DNA from: Coprothermobacterota bacterium
Lineage (GTDB): Bacteria > Coprothermobacterota > HKB111
Direction: 5' to 3'
Length of the DNA: 64,000 nucleotides
Assembly: GCA_037440465.1 (NCBI GenBank)
Contig: JBBIUB010000006.1
Coordinates: 1-64,000 of the forward strand
Below, piece by piece: positions 19,679-29,695 of the stretch; within the stretch, counting starts at the first letter, position 1, and every line of letters begins with the position of its first letter. The notes under the pieces were generated by a model. It worked only from the letters and a program-made list of their open reading frames with translations. It was not told where the DNA came from and made no database searches. The translations under genes and the position numbers were made by a program.

Positions 19679-20573
19679 AGTAATGATTTCGGTCAAGGGT
19701 CATAAAGCCATGACTTACCCACTGGCTTTTTTCAATAATATACTTGAAGCCAACCTTCTCGTAAAGGCGTTTGGCAGCCATATTCTTTTCGTGTGGTGTC
19801 ACTACAAAGATACCACATCCTGCTTTTTTAAAAGCATAGCGGATAACTTCGAGCATAGCTTCGGTACCAAAACCCTTCCCCCAGTAATCAGGAAGCAGTT
19901 TTATATCTCCTAATAAAGTAACTTTATCAGTAGGAACTAACCATTCACCCATTTTGCGTCCTTCTCTTAAAGGTGCGAAGAAGGATTCTCCTATTTTTGT
20001 ACCGTCAGGTAGCCTGATGATGAATTGAGTGTACTTTTTACCAAGTTCGCGTCTCTTCTCTTGATACCTTCTCCAGGCTGTCTCCGAATCATTTATTCTT
20101 GACCAACCTCTGAGAAGCGGAAATTCGTCTGCATATTTCATTACTTGGCGATTCTGCCACAGATTAAGAAGAAATGGAACATCCCATTTTAGTAGTGGGG
20201 TTATATTAACACCTGCAGAACTTGAATCCGCTTCTTTTTTCATATTAAGAGCTTTTTTAATGGATACTACAAGTTCTTTAATAGGTAAGAGGTTCTTATC
20301 TTTTATATTGATACATGATTTACCATGAGAGAGCCTGGGGTATTTCTTTTTTATGTTTCGAATAAGTTCTTCAGAGCAAAAATAAACAGAGAGATGGTTC
20401 TTCTGATTGGCTAACGCTACCCAATTTCCCTGGTAGTCAAAGGTAGGGATGCGGTAACGCAGGCTTTCTACTACTTCCGGAAAGTTTCCCTTGATTATTT
20501 TATAGACTCTTTGAGCCCTTTCTTTCCTTAATCCTGTTAAATTATTAATATAACCATCAACTGTCTCGCTAAT
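19656..20573 (-). CDS. DUF1801 (YdhG-like) domain fused to GNAT acetyltransferase
   Basis: TVDGYI..Y.IPTF..ALANQKNHLSVY..GKSCI N-domain. YWGKGFGTEA and N.AA.RLYEKVGF GNAT motifs. Start is ATT at 20573 (after GGAGG) or TTG at 20597. Confidence 0.75.
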   Translation of the reverse strand: MSETVDGYINNLTGLRKERAQRVYKIIKGNFPEVVESLRYRIPTFDYQGNWVALANQKNHLSVYFCSEELIRNIKKKYPRLSHGKSCINIKDKNLLPIKELVVSIKKALNMKKEADSSSAGVNITPLLKWDVPFLLNLWQNRQVMKYADEFPLLRGWSRINDSETAWRRYQEKRRELGKKYTQFIIRLPDGTKIGESFFAPLREGRKMGEWLVPTDKVTLLGDIKLLPDYWGKGFGTEAMLEVIRYAFKKAGCGIFVVTPHEKNMAAKRLYEKVGFKYIIEKSQWVSHGFMTLDRNHYLGSGLRI

Positions 20574-20625
20574 TTTTTTAACCTCCAGATTTCTCAAAGA
20601 TTCATTATATACATCAATAATAACT

Positions 20626-21066
20626 TTACACTAAAGTTTGCTCAGAAGTACAGTAAGGGCATCGAGTTGCCTTGAGGGGTATGGTGGATAAACAATAGGG
20701 ACACTGTTTAGTTTCAGGTTTTGCTTTTACTTCTGGTAGTCGTCTTAATTTATTAACTTGTTTTACCAATAAGAATAAGGCAAAAGCTACTATGATGAAG
20801 TCCAGTATATTATTAAAAAATATGCCATAATTTATGGTGGCTGCGCCTGCTGACTTTGCCTCTGCTAATGATGTGTACTTAATGCCAGAAAGGTTTATAT
20901 AGAGATTGGAAAAATTTACTCTACCAAGAAGTAGACCTATAGGTGGCATCAATATATCGTTGACTAAAGAAGTAATGATTTTACCAAAGGCGGCACCAAT
21001 AATAATACCTGTAGCTATATCAACCATATTGCCTTTCAATGCAAATTCCTTAAATTCTTTTAACAT
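20626..21066 (-). CDS. mscL: Large-conductance mechanosensitive channel with C-terminal zinc ribbon
   Basis: [43 protein letters not shown], then CPYC...CPYC. Confidence 0.92.
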   Translation of the reverse strand: MLKEFKEFALKGNMVDIATGIIIGAAFGKIITSLVNDILMPPIGLLLGRVNFSNLYINLSGIKYTSLAEAKSAGAATINYGIFFNNILDFIIVAFALFLLVKQVNKLRRLPEVKAKPETKQCPYCLSTIPLKATRCPYCTSEQTLV

Positions 21067-21269
21067 TATTTAACCCTCCTTTACTGATTATTTTAGCACT
21101 TGTTTTACATGATAAAACTCAATTCATAATAACAATCTCCCCCTTTCTTAAAGGGGAATAAGAGGGGGATTATTATTGTTTTATATTATCGTTAGTTAGT
21201 TTTTTTAAGGCACCCAGTAAGGTTCTAAAAAAGGATATACAAGAAGCAATATTATTAATAGTAATAACC

Positions 21270-21767
21270 CTAATTTAATTTTTCTTTGTCAATATATTCC
21301 CCAGGAATCCAGCGGGGTGTTCTATAGTAGTAATTTTTGTATGATTCTCCAAATTTCTTCTTCAAATAAGGTTCTTCATAATAAACAATAAAGAGATGGA
21401 AAAGTAACAATATAACGAGCGTGTAAATTATAAGTAAAACAGACCCAAATAGTATGCTCTCTCCTATAAGAATAAAGAGGACTCCTAAATATATGGGATT
21501 TCTTACAACTTTGTATAGTCCTTTTGATACAAGTTCTCGTGGTGGGTTAAGTGGTAGAGGCGTACCTTTACCAATTATTATAAAGTCACGGACACACCAA
21601 ATATAGGCTAAAACACCGATGGTTATGGGTATTAAGCCCATATACCTGAAAATTCCTATCTCAAAGATAGGGAATCTCCATCCGGAAGATAGTAGCATGT
21701 ACGGGATACCCGCTACTACTGAACCGGGTATAAGAATAGTGAATATCAGTGTTTTAAGTAAAAGCAG
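21270..21767 (-). CDS. Isoprenylcysteine carboxyl methyltransferase (PEMT/ICMT) family membrane protein
   Basis: GKGTP.P..PP.ELV..GLY..VRNPIYLG, EE..L..KFGESY..Y...TPRWIP. The frame extends upstream of the ATG at 21698 through a hydrophobic helix, with a likely CTG start at 21767. Confidence 0.8.
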   Translation of the reverse strand: MLLLKTLIFTILIPGSVVAGIPYMLLSSGWRFPIFEIGIFRYMGLIPITIGVLAYIWCVRDFIIIGKGTPLPLNPPRELVSKGLYKVVRNPIYLGVLFILIGESILFGSVLLIIYTLVILLLFHLFIVYYEEPYLKKKFGESYKNYYYRTPRWIPGEYIDKEKLN

Positions 21768-21852
21768 CCTTTCTATTAGCCTCCATGATTATAAATTATT
21801 AGTTTAACTGTTTTTTAGCATGGATAAGATATTAATCAGTCTTCAATTCTCT

Positions 21853-22539
21853 TTAAGGCATGATTTTTGGTAGTTCAAAGATGTGTACATCTTCTGGTAG
21901 TTCAAAGATTTCGTCAGGTATATCTGAAAAATCTATATTTTTATACTCAGTAATGGTCAATAAACCATCCGGGTGTCGTGTCTCCATCTTAATTGGGAGT
22001 CCACGGGCTTTCCATATCCACATTTTTACACTACCTGTGCCAATTCCACCATGTTCAATAATTGTACATTCCTTTCCGTCAAAAACTTCACTACCAATGA
22101 TTTTAGAATCAATATTTACTGTTTCAGTTGTATCTAATAGTGTTTCACCTGCAGACTTTACAGCATCTCCCATATCAATTTTCATAGCTGTGTTTGTTTC
22201 AGGAGTATAATTATAAGAAACCTGTTTTTCATAATCTATTAGATAGACAATAATCCCAACCTCTGCTAAAAATTCAATTCTCTGTTTCATTCCTTTTATC
22301 CACACTTTTTGAGTATAAGTTGGTTGGTTAGGAATAGAAACAACGAGTTCGTATTTGATAGAAGTTATTTCTTTTGATTTATTAATGAGGTCTGCCACTG
22401 ATTCTGTTATTGGTTTAGCTGGTTCTTCTATGTTTGGTGCCGTAGCTTTCTTGGAACAACCTGATAATAATATGGTGCCTGAAAACAGAACTAAAAGAAG
22501 CATAATCACCAGTGAAATCTTTAACCATTTTCTTATCAT
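21853..22539 (-). CDS. Lipoprotein, LolA-like/DUF4412-like fold
   Basis: Signal peptide with lipobox LSGC. KVWIKG..QRIE, G.E..DGKEC, MWIW...GLPIK, IFELP. Confidence 0.7.
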   Translation of the reverse strand: MIRKWLKISLVIMLLLVLFSGTILLSGCSKKATAPNIEEPAKPITESVADLINKSKEITSIKYELVVSIPNQPTYTQKVWIKGMKQRIEFLAEVGIIVYLIDYEKQVSYNYTPETNTAMKIDMGDAVKSAGETLLDTTETVNIDSKIIGSEVFDGKECTIIEHGGIGTGSVKMWIWKARGLPIKMETRHPDGLLTITEYKNIDFSDIPDEIFELPEDVHIFELPKIMP

Positions 22540-22631
22540 CTTTATTCCTCCATTATACTTGTTTTATTCAACTATTTATCACCTTATATATTTTAACATT
22601 ACTAACACTAAATCGGCATATATGTTTGAAT

Positions 22632-23765
22632 TTATAATTGCGTAAGAAGAAGTGTTAGAAGTGCTGCTCTTTGGGGAAGGCTTTCAATAATGATGTGTTC
22701 ATGTTCAGCGTGGGCTCCATCACCAACTACACCCAGACCATCAATTACAGGGATACCCAGTTCAGAAACAAATTGAGCATCGCTTCCACCACCCACCGAA
22801 GCTTCTTTAAGTTCAATCCCCAACTTATTAAAAGCAAGATCTCTGGTTTGTTCAAAGAGGTGTGCTATTCCGGGTGTTCTTACCATTGGTTTTCTGTTTA
22901 TTCCACCTGTTACTGCAATAGTTATTCCATCAAGGACTGGTGTTAGATTTAGGATAATCTCTATAGCCTTTTCTGCTTCCTCCAACGTGACAGCCCGAAG
23001 GTCAATGGAAGCCTCAGCTTCTGGTGCCATAACATTACGGGCTAATCCGCCTTTAACCACACCTACATTAACTGTGGTGCCTGTTTCTTTGCTACTTAGC
23101 TTGTGCAGGCGTAAAATCTGATGAGCCAGCTCTTCAATGGCACTTACTCCTGCCCAGGGGTTCTGCCCTGCATGGGAAGGTACTCCTTTAATCTTTAATT
23201 CAAAAGCACCAACACCTTTGCGAGCAGTTTTAAGAGCTCCATCTGGTGGTTCACCTGGTTCCATACAGAAACAAATATCTATGTTCCGTGCTTCTCGCTG
23301 GATATACTCTTTTGAGGTATAACTACCTACTTCTTCATCAGAATTAAAGAAAAGTACCAGACTACGATTTGGTTTGAGTCCTAAATCCCTAAAGGCTTTT
23401 AAAACTGTTAAAGTGATAGCAATACCACCTTTCATATCAAATGTGCCAGGTCCGTAAACAACCTTACCATCCCGATGGAAGGGACGCTTATTGATTGTTC
23501 CTACTGGCCAAACTGTATCCATATGATGCAGTAAGAGAATTTTCCCGGGTCCATTCTCCCAATGGGTTATAAGATGGTTACCCCTTTCTTGTTGGTGTAT
23601 CCGCTCAACCGGGAGTTTTAGGTCTTTAATCTGGTCTTCAATAAACCCACTCAATTTATCCACTGCTTGTTTATCTGCTGAAGGAGATTCCCGTTCAACC
23701 AGTTCACGAAGAAGAAGTAACATCTCATCAGTGCGTTTTTCAAAATAAGAAAGCAAATCTTTCAA
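22632..23765 (-). CDS. M20 family glutamate carboxypeptidase-like peptidase
   Basis: HMDTVW, GPGTFDMKGG, SDEEVGS, SHAG, GGGSDA, GAHA..E. TTG start after GGAGG. Confidence 0.88.
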   Translation of the reverse strand: MKDLLSYFEKRTDEMLLLLRELVERESPSADKQAVDKLSGFIEDQIKDLKLPVERIHQQERGNHLITHWENGPGKILLLHHMDTVWPVGTINKRPFHRDGKVVYGPGTFDMKGGIAITLTVLKAFRDLGLKPNRSLVLFFNSDEEVGSYTSKEYIQREARNIDICFCMEPGEPPDGALKTARKGVGAFELKIKGVPSHAGQNPWAGVSAIEELAHQILRLHKLSSKETGTTVNVGVVKGGLARNVMAPEAEASIDLRAVTLEEAEKAIEIILNLTPVLDGITIAVTGGINRKPMVRTPGIAHLFEQTRDLAFNKLGIELKEASVGGGSDAQFVSELGIPVIDGLGVVGDGAHAEHEHIIIESLPQRAALLTLLLTQL

Positions 23766-23888
23766 TTCATAACCTCCGTTTATCAAATGTTCTTTGTTGA
23801 TAAATATAATAATTCTAACACTAAGGTTTAATATTAATCCCCCTCAATCCCTCTTTACAAAGGGGGAAATGAAAAATAGTTGATGTCG

Positions 23889-23933
23889 GTAGGAGGTGTG
23901 TTTATCTCCGTAGGACAGGCGTCTCGCTTGTCC
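23889..23933 (+). repeat. Two GTAG-type REP-like hairpins
   Basis: GTAG-GAGGTG..TATCTCC and GTAG-GACAGGCG-TCT-CGCTTGTCC. Confidence 0.55.
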
Positions 23934-24134
23934 TTAGGCCTTAATCCCTTATTAATCAGGTCAAACTCAACTTCCTCTTCTAAGAAAGGAGAAGGCTGGG
24001 GAGAGGTGGATGTTAAACATTAAAGCTTAAAAGTAAAAAACTATCGAAGTAAGTAATAAGTTTGGGTTCGTGGTATTATGGTAAAAAAGAAAAAACAAGA
24101 AGAATAACACAGGAAGGATATAAATAATTTAACA

Positions 24135-25409
24135 ATGGACTTACAGAAAATTATTGATAGAAAGAATAATCCAATTAAAATTGGGCTGGCTGGAGTGGGG
24201 CAGATGGGAAGGGGAATTGTTGCTCAGACCATCAATGCACCTTGGGTCAGGGTGGTAGCTCTCTTTGACCATCGTCTTGAGAGAGTCTTTACTCTTTATG
24301 AGAGCTATGAGCTTGATAGACCCGTAGTTATAGAAAACGGAGACATTGAGAAAGCAGAAGAAATTATAAGGAATGGGAAAACTGCCCTTCTTCCAGATGT
24401 TAAATCTATCTGTGCCATTCCTTCTGTAGAGGTAGTAGTAGATGCCACAGGGTCTCCAGAGGGTGGAGCAATTGCTGCCTGGGAGAGTATTGAGAAAGGA
24501 AAACACATCGTTCTTCTCACTGTGGAGACTGATGTGGTAGTTGGAAGGATTTTAAGAAAGAAGGCAGAGGAGAAGGGAGTGGTCTATACTCTATCTGCTG
24601 GAGATGAACATGCTTCCGCTAAAGAACTTTACGACTTTGCCATCTCCCTGGGTTTTGAGGTGGTAGCAGCCGGGAAGGGGAAAAATAATCCTTTAAATTT
24701 TCACGCCACTCCATTAGAGCTGGAGGAGGAGGCAAGGTTCAAAAGAATGAGTCCCAGAATGCTTACTTCTTTTGTGGATGGCACAAAAACTGCTATTGAG
24801 ATGACAGCACTTTCTAATGCCACCGGGCTGGTTCCTGATGTGAGAGGGATGCATGGTGTTGTGGGAAGACCTGAAGATATGCCCCGTTTATTTACTCTTA
24901 AGAAGAACGGTGGCGTTTTGAATCAAGAAGGGGTGGTGGATTTTGTCTTTGGGCTTGCTCCTGGTGTTTTTGTAGTGGTGAAGACCGATAATAAAGAGAT
25001 GCAATATATTCTTTCCTATCTAAAAATCGGGGAAGGTAATCAACATTTTTTATATCGTCCTTACCATCTGGTTTCTTTGGAGACTCTTACTTCGGTTTAT
25101 AAGGCTATTATATATAATGAACCTACCATTGTGCCCTTATACACCCCTTACTCAGAGGTTATAACTTGTGCCAAAAGAGATTTAAGAGAAGGAGAGGTGG
25201 TTGATGGGATCGGCGGGAAGATGGTCTATGGTCTTATAGAACGGTATGAAGTTGCGAAAAGTGAAAATCTGGTACCCATAGGACTTCTGGAGGGGGCACA
25301 AATCCTTCGGGATATAAAAAAGGATGAGCCTATCTCCTATGACGAGGTCCTCTTGAAAGAAGGTTTTCTTCCATCTTTAAGGAGGAAACAAGAGGAGATG
25401 GGCTTATAA
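24135..25409 (+). CDS. NAD(P)-dependent oxidoreductase with C-terminal SAF domain (homoserine dehydrogenase-like)
   Basis: GVGQMG, VDATG, AAGKGKNN, SFVDGTKT, YRPYHL, AKRDL..GE..DGIGG. Confidence 0.85.
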   Translation: MDLQKIIDRKNNPIKIGLAGVGQMGRGIVAQTINAPWVRVVALFDHRLERVFTLYESYELDRPVVIENGDIEKAEEIIRNGKTALLPDVKSICAIPSVEVVVDATGSPEGGAIAAWESIEKGKHIVLLTVETDVVVGRILRKKAEEKGVVYTLSAGDEHASAKELYDFAISLGFEVVAAGKGKNNPLNFHATPLELEEEARFKRMSPRMLTSFVDGTKTAIEMTALSNATGLVPDVRGMHGVVGRPEDMPRLFTLKKNGGVLNQEGVVDFVFGLAPGVFVVVKTDNKEMQYILSYLKIGEGNQHFLYRPYHLVSLETLTSVYKAIIYNEPTIVPLYTPYSEVITCAKRDLREGEVVDGIGGKMVYGLIERYEVAKSENLVPIGLLEGAQILRDIKKDEPISYDEVLLKEGFLPSLRRKQEEMGL

Positions 25410-25503
25410 AAGAAAGCTTAAAAGAGGGCGAGAAGCTTTCTTCAGGATTTTAATTAAATAATGTGATAGAATTAAACATTAAATTTTAAGGAGGATACCT
25501 TAC

Positions 25504-25767
25504 ATGTGCGAGCACGATGAAGAAGAAGTCTGTGAGGAAGAATTGTTCGAAGAAGAGACTATACTGGATCTTCTAAGGCAGGACCTCATTGACGAACTAA
25601 GAGCGATTAATCAGTATGAGGAACATATAAACTACGTAGATGATGAAAGTGTCATCGTTGTTCTACAGGAAATAATACTCGCTGAAAAAGAACATGTAGC
25701 CCGTCTTATAAACCTAATTAATTCTCTGGATCCTGAGCAGAAGGAGAAGTTTAAGTTAGTTCAATAG
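25504..25767 (+). CDS. Small ferritin-like (half-ferritin) protein
   Basis: DELRAINQY..H and EKEH carboxylate/His motifs, LDPEQ end, AAGGAGG RBS. Confidence 0.75.
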   Translation: MCEHDEEEVCEEELFEEETILDLLRQDLIDELRAINQYEEHINYVDDESVIVVLQEIILAEKEHVARLINLINSLDPEQKEKFKLVQ

Positions 25768-26812
25768 GTTCGTTAGTTAGAGCTGTATAGATTTTTACAA
25801 GCCCTTCCAGGTCTCGTAAGGAAACTACCTCTACTGTAGAGTGGGTGTAGCGTACGGGGAAGCATAATGGAAGGGCTTTGTATCCTTTATAGGCAGTTTC
25901 CGCGGCGGCGGCATCTGTAGAACCTCCACTTATTCCGTATTGAATATTTACTCCAGTCATTTTAGCTAATTTTTCAACCAGAGCGATTACCTCTTTACCC
26001 ACTACCATCCGATTATCTGCCATTCTTATGGTCGGTCCTCCACCCACTTCAAAAGAGCCTTCAAAGGCAGGCGAGATTCCAGGGAAATCGGGTGATGATA
26101 TAGAGTCGCAGGCTACAGTTAAATCAGGGTTAAATTGTGGCGCTAAAACTTGTGCTCCTCGAAGTCCAATCTCTTCTTCGGTTGTGAAGGTGACGATGGC
26201 GGTGTTTTCAGGGCGCTCTTCTTTCAATCCCTGTAAAAGTTTTATGAGAGTATAGCAACCTAATCTGTCATCAAGTCCCCTGCTGACTATCAAGTCTTCT
26301 CTATTTAAATAAGTAATATCTTTATTAAAAACAATTGGAGTACCTATCCGGATACCTAAAGCCAAAGCCTCGCTACGAGTTTTAGCTCCTATGTCTAACT
26401 TGAGTTGATGCCAGGGGGTGGTTTTTTCTTTTTCCTGCGGGTCAACAATCAGGTGAGGTGGTTTTAGCCCGATGATACCATGTACTTCACCAAAAGTAGT
26501 AAGGATACGAACGATTCTGGAAGGTAAAATACGGTCATCTATTCCGCCAAGTTTATAAAAAGAGAGGTATCCTTTCTGGTCTATGGCGGATACTACCATC
26601 CCCAACTCGTCCATATGTGCCATGAAAAGAATTTTATAATCCTTCTTTGTACCGTTTACGATGGCAATTAAGTTACCCAGATTGTCAACTTTTACCTCAT
26701 CAGCATATTTTAAGGCTTCAGTTTTTAGATACTCTCTTATGGGTTCTTCAAACCCTACAACACCCGGGGTTTTAAGCAGGTCTTTCAGAAGTTTTTTATC
26801 TTCAAGTGTCAT
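25751..26812 (-). CDS. M42 family aminopeptidase
   Basis: D.LGNLI, AHMDELG, LGGID, LDDRLGC, EEIGLRGA, GGSTDA, RYTHS. Confidence 0.9.
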   Translation of the reverse strand: MTLEDKKLLKDLLKTPGVVGFEEPIREYLKTEALKYADEVKVDNLGNLIAIVNGTKKDYKILFMAHMDELGMVVSAIDQKGYLSFYKLGGIDDRILPSRIVRILTTFGEVHGIIGLKPPHLIVDPQEKEKTTPWHQLKLDIGAKTRSEALALGIRIGTPIVFNKDITYLNREDLIVSRGLDDRLGCYTLIKLLQGLKEERPENTAIVTFTTEEEIGLRGAQVLAPQFNPDLTVACDSISSPDFPGISPAFEGSFEVGGGPTIRMADNRMVVGKEVIALVEKLAKMTGVNIQYGISGGSTDAAAAETAYKGYKALPLCFPVRYTHSTVEVVSLRDLEGLVKIYTALTNEPIELT

Positions 26813-26882
26813 TTTGTCCTCCCTGGATAATTATTTAGTTAATTATAACAAAACGAATCTTTTTATTTTACAGTGCTGTAGA

Positions 26883-26906
26883 TGGGGTCAGGTCTACGCA
26901 ATTGAC
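26883..26906 (+). repeat. 24-bp TGGGGTCAGGTCTACGCAWTTGAC element, copy 2
   Basis: Inverted copy of 19655-19678. Confidence 0.75.
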
Positions 26907-27088
26907 TAATCTCCCCTGACCCCTTTTTACAAAAGAGGGGAACATTTTACACACCTGAGATTTACTGGTTACTGATTTAGAATTATATTATGAGAAAAGC
27001 CCTTAACGCTATTCTAAAGCTTAATTAATGGAATTTATATTGATATTATATTTTTAATTAAAAAAAAGAGAGTGTAAAGACTGTTTTA

Positions 27089-28087
27089 TTAAGGTTCTTT
27101 GGTAAGATCCTTTTCAAAAGTAATCCAGGCGGGTTGACGCTGGAAACCCAATTTGATGTTAATTGATAACATCCCCACGTTTTCAGAGTCATTTCCGGTT
27201 ATGATGGTCTTATAACCATTCTTTTGCGCCCATTCTATGGCTTTTACTTTAACAGCCATAGCAATACCACGCCTGCGATACTCTCTTCTTACTCCGGTTA
27301 AGCCTTGAGATAATTTTTCTAATGAGGCTTTTATTGTACTTAAACTTGTTCTCCCTGCGTATTTGTCGCCATCCTTAACTATGAAATAAGCTTCTGGTAT
27401 TCTGTTAGGATTATTGAGATGGTTTTTTTCATACTCTTCAAAGGATTCTGGAGTATAAGTGTCTGGCAGAGGCACATCTTGAAATATATCATTATCTAAT
27501 TCATACAATTTATAATCCCACCCGGGAGTATTTTCTTTTTCTTCTTTAAAAGTAGAAATAGTTAAACCTTGTTGATATAAAGAAGATAAGTAAGGTTGAA
27601 AATCCTGAAGATTAAACTTCTGTACATCTAATCTGGACTCCCATTCTCGCATTTTTTCAAAAAACCCTCTTTTGGTAACAAAAGAAACTGATACTTCCAT
27701 GTCTTCCTTAACCCAGGTTCTTAGATTAATAGCATTTAATTGTTCAAGGTCTTGATTTATCAGATTATAAAGAGCAGTTCCTATGCCCTGTCTTTGAAAA
27801 TCGGGGTGAACCATAATATAAAACCAGAATTTTAAAGGGTGAAATATTTCCGGCCCATGTTTATAATAAGCAAAAGCAACGGTTTTGTTATCAGATGTTC
27901 TATCAACAGCATATCTTTTAAAGATGTATTTATTTTTATCCAGAGATTCATACCAGAAACGGATTTCTTCTTCCGTTTCAGGGTGCTCCGGAAAGATGAT
28001 ATTGTTGATAGAAACCTTTATGGGATAGTCTTCTTCATTAAAATCACGAATTATATATTTATCATTAATTATTAATTCTTTATTCAT
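27089..28087 (-). CDS. Tandem-GNAT acetyltransferase
   Basis: VHPDFQRQGIGTAL, TGVRREYRRRGIA..VK, N..ML.IN.KLGF. Start re-called to ATG at 28087. Confidence 0.85.
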   Translation of the reverse strand: MNKELIINDKYIIRDFNEEDYPIKVSINNIIFPEHPETEEEIRFWYESLDKNKYIFKRYAVDRTSDNKTVAFAYYKHGPEIFHPLKFWFYIMVHPDFQRQGIGTALYNLINQDLEQLNAINLRTWVKEDMEVSVSFVTKRGFFEKMREWESRLDVQKFNLQDFQPYLSSLYQQGLTISTFKEEKENTPGWDYKLYELDNDIFQDVPLPDTYTPESFEEYEKNHLNNPNRIPEAYFIVKDGDKYAGRTSLSTIKASLEKLSQGLTGVRREYRRRGIAMAVKVKAIEWAQKNGYKTIITGNDSENVGMLSINIKLGFQRQPAWITFEKDLTKEP

Positions 28088-28163
28088 ATGAGTTCTCCCC
28101 AGTTTAAACTTAGGTTTTATTATATCACTTAAAAGTTTATAATTTTTTGATAAATTTATTGTT

Positions 28164-28187
28164 AAAAAGCGGGGGTATAACCCCCGC
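28164..28187 (-). terminator. Rho-independent terminator
   Basis: GCGGGGG-ttata-CCCCCGC followed by T5 on the minus strand. Confidence 0.75.
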
Positions 28188-28230
28188 CAGATGATCATTT
28201 TTGAAATAAAATTGTTAACTTAACTTGCTA

Positions 28231-28926
28231 TTATGGAGCTGGCTTGAAGGCTACGAAGGTAGCATAGTATACATCGACATTCCCGACTTTGACAGCATAA
28301 CCCTTAACAGCAGCATGAGCTCCCACGGTTAAATCACCGAAACCTACCTGACCAACTCCAGGTTTTTGGAAAATAGTTTTAGGTGTAACCTTGAATGTTC
28401 TAAGAACAGTTGTGGTATCTCCTTTTTTTGGCTTCATCTCAAGAGTGAAAGATTTCTCAGTTGGGGTGTTAATTATCGACTTTACAATACCTACTGCGAT
28501 AATTCTTCCAGGGGGACGCTGAAGTATGCGGATGATTTTAGCAGTAAATACTTTTTTAGTGGTATCATAAATACCATTCACCATTACCCAGGCATCAATA
28601 ATAATATCTTTAAACTCTACTTTCCCTACTCCTGCTTTGAATACTTGGGCTCCATCTGCGTTGACATTAAGGACTGGTCCTACACCTATTCTTTTGGCTA
28701 CGTTTTTAGCAAAGGGTTCAACCAGAGCAACATCCAATATTTTTCCACTAATTTTCACTACCACTCCCTTAAATGCTACTCTTATTTCAGCCTTTAGTTC
28801 AGGTTTGTTTTTTTCTTGAGCTTGAAGCTTTACCTGCTGTTTTTCCTGGTTTTTGGCATAAGCAAATCCGGGAAGTAAAGTAGCTACAAGTCCGACCACT
28901 AAGAGAAGTACAATCAATTTACGCAT
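28231..28926 (-). CDS. Secreted protein with two OB-fold (DUF5666-like) repeats
   Basis: Signal peptide MRKLIVLLLVVGLVATLLPGFAYA, repeats of G.V...F.DL.VG....V.G, AAGGAGG RBS. Confidence 0.7.
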   Translation of the reverse strand: MRKLIVLLLVVGLVATLLPGFAYAKNQEKQQVKLQAQEKNKPELKAEIRVAFKGVVVKISGKILDVALVEPFAKNVAKRIGVGPVLNVNADGAQVFKAGVGKVEFKDIIIDAWVMVNGIYDTTKKVFTAKIIRILQRPPGRIIAVGIVKSIINTPTEKSFTLEMKPKKGDTTTVLRTFKVTPKTIFQKPGVGQVGFGDLTVGAHAAVKGYAVKVGNVDVYYATFVAFKPAP

Positions 28927-28972
28927 TGTTTTTCTGCCTCCTTTTTCCATTTTATTACTTTCTTTATACATT

Positions 28973-29000
28973 AAGACGGTTAATAATCAATAAAAGTTCA
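28973..29000 (-). promoter_or_regulatory. Putative ECF-sigma promoter
   Basis: TGAACT-N16-CGTCTT upstream of the 28926 gene. Confidence 0.5.
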
Positions 29001-29017
29001 CCGAACACCCAACTCTT

Positions 29018-29695
29018 TTATTGAGCACTTAAGGCTACAAGAACGGCATAATAAGCACCACGCCACAAATAGCCCTTGACTTCTGCTTTCATCCCTGGCT
29101 TGAGGTTGGCAAAAGTTACTCTTCCTGCTCCTTCTTTTAGATAAACGGTGGTGGGAAGGACATAAATTATTCTGGTTATCACATCTCCCCCTGCCCCTTT
29201 TACCTCTATTGTAAAACTGTTTTGTCCTACGCTTTTTATAACACCTTTACCAATTGTATAACCAGATGGTTCTTGAAGAAGGGTTATCTTGAGTCCATAG
29301 AAGATGTTAGCTGTCTTGTGGTAATTACCTTTGACTATGACGGATATACCCAAGAGGTCAGAAAGGTTTACCTTTTCCTCTTTTCTATCCTTTGCTCTTA
29401 TGAACTTCGCCTCATTAACATCAACCTTCACCACTTCTCCTATTCTTAGGGTTTTGCTTATTGAGATCTTCCATGGTTCGGTTAGAGCTACATCTATGGT
29501 TTTTCTGGTGGGGGAATAATCCACCACTACTCCACTGAAAGAGACATTTTTAAGGAGGTCTTTAGCCCGTTCAATTAGCCTTTCCCTGGTTTCCTTCCAT
29601 CTCTCTCTGAGAAAGGTTAAGTCTATTGCTGAGGCCTCACCCGCATAGGAGATGACCAGAAATCCTATAAGGATGGCGGTTAATATTTTCCTAAT
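29018..29695 (-). CDS. Secreted OB-fold (DUF5666-like) protein, paralogue of 28231-28926
   Basis: The frame is open upstream of 29527 to ATT at 29695, 7 nt after GAGGTG, giving signal peptide (M)RKILTAILIGFLVISYAGEASA. Same two-repeat layout as its neighbour. Confidence 0.7.
   Translation of the reverse strand: MRKILTAILIGFLVISYAGEASAIDLTFLRERWKETRERLIERAKDLLKNVSFSGVVVDYSPTRKTIDVALTEPWKISISKTLRIGEVVKVDVNEAKFIRAKDRKEEKVNLSDLLGISVIVKGNYHKTANIFYGLKITLLQEPSGYTIGKGVIKSVGQNSFTIEVKGAGGDVITRIIYVLPTTVYLKEGAGRVTFANLKPGMKAEVKGYLWRGAYYAVLVALSAQ

Noticed and set aside
20626..20710. Zinc ribbon on MscL as a novelty
   Set aside because: To my knowledge CPxC...CPxC tails are common on MscL proteins of anaerobes.
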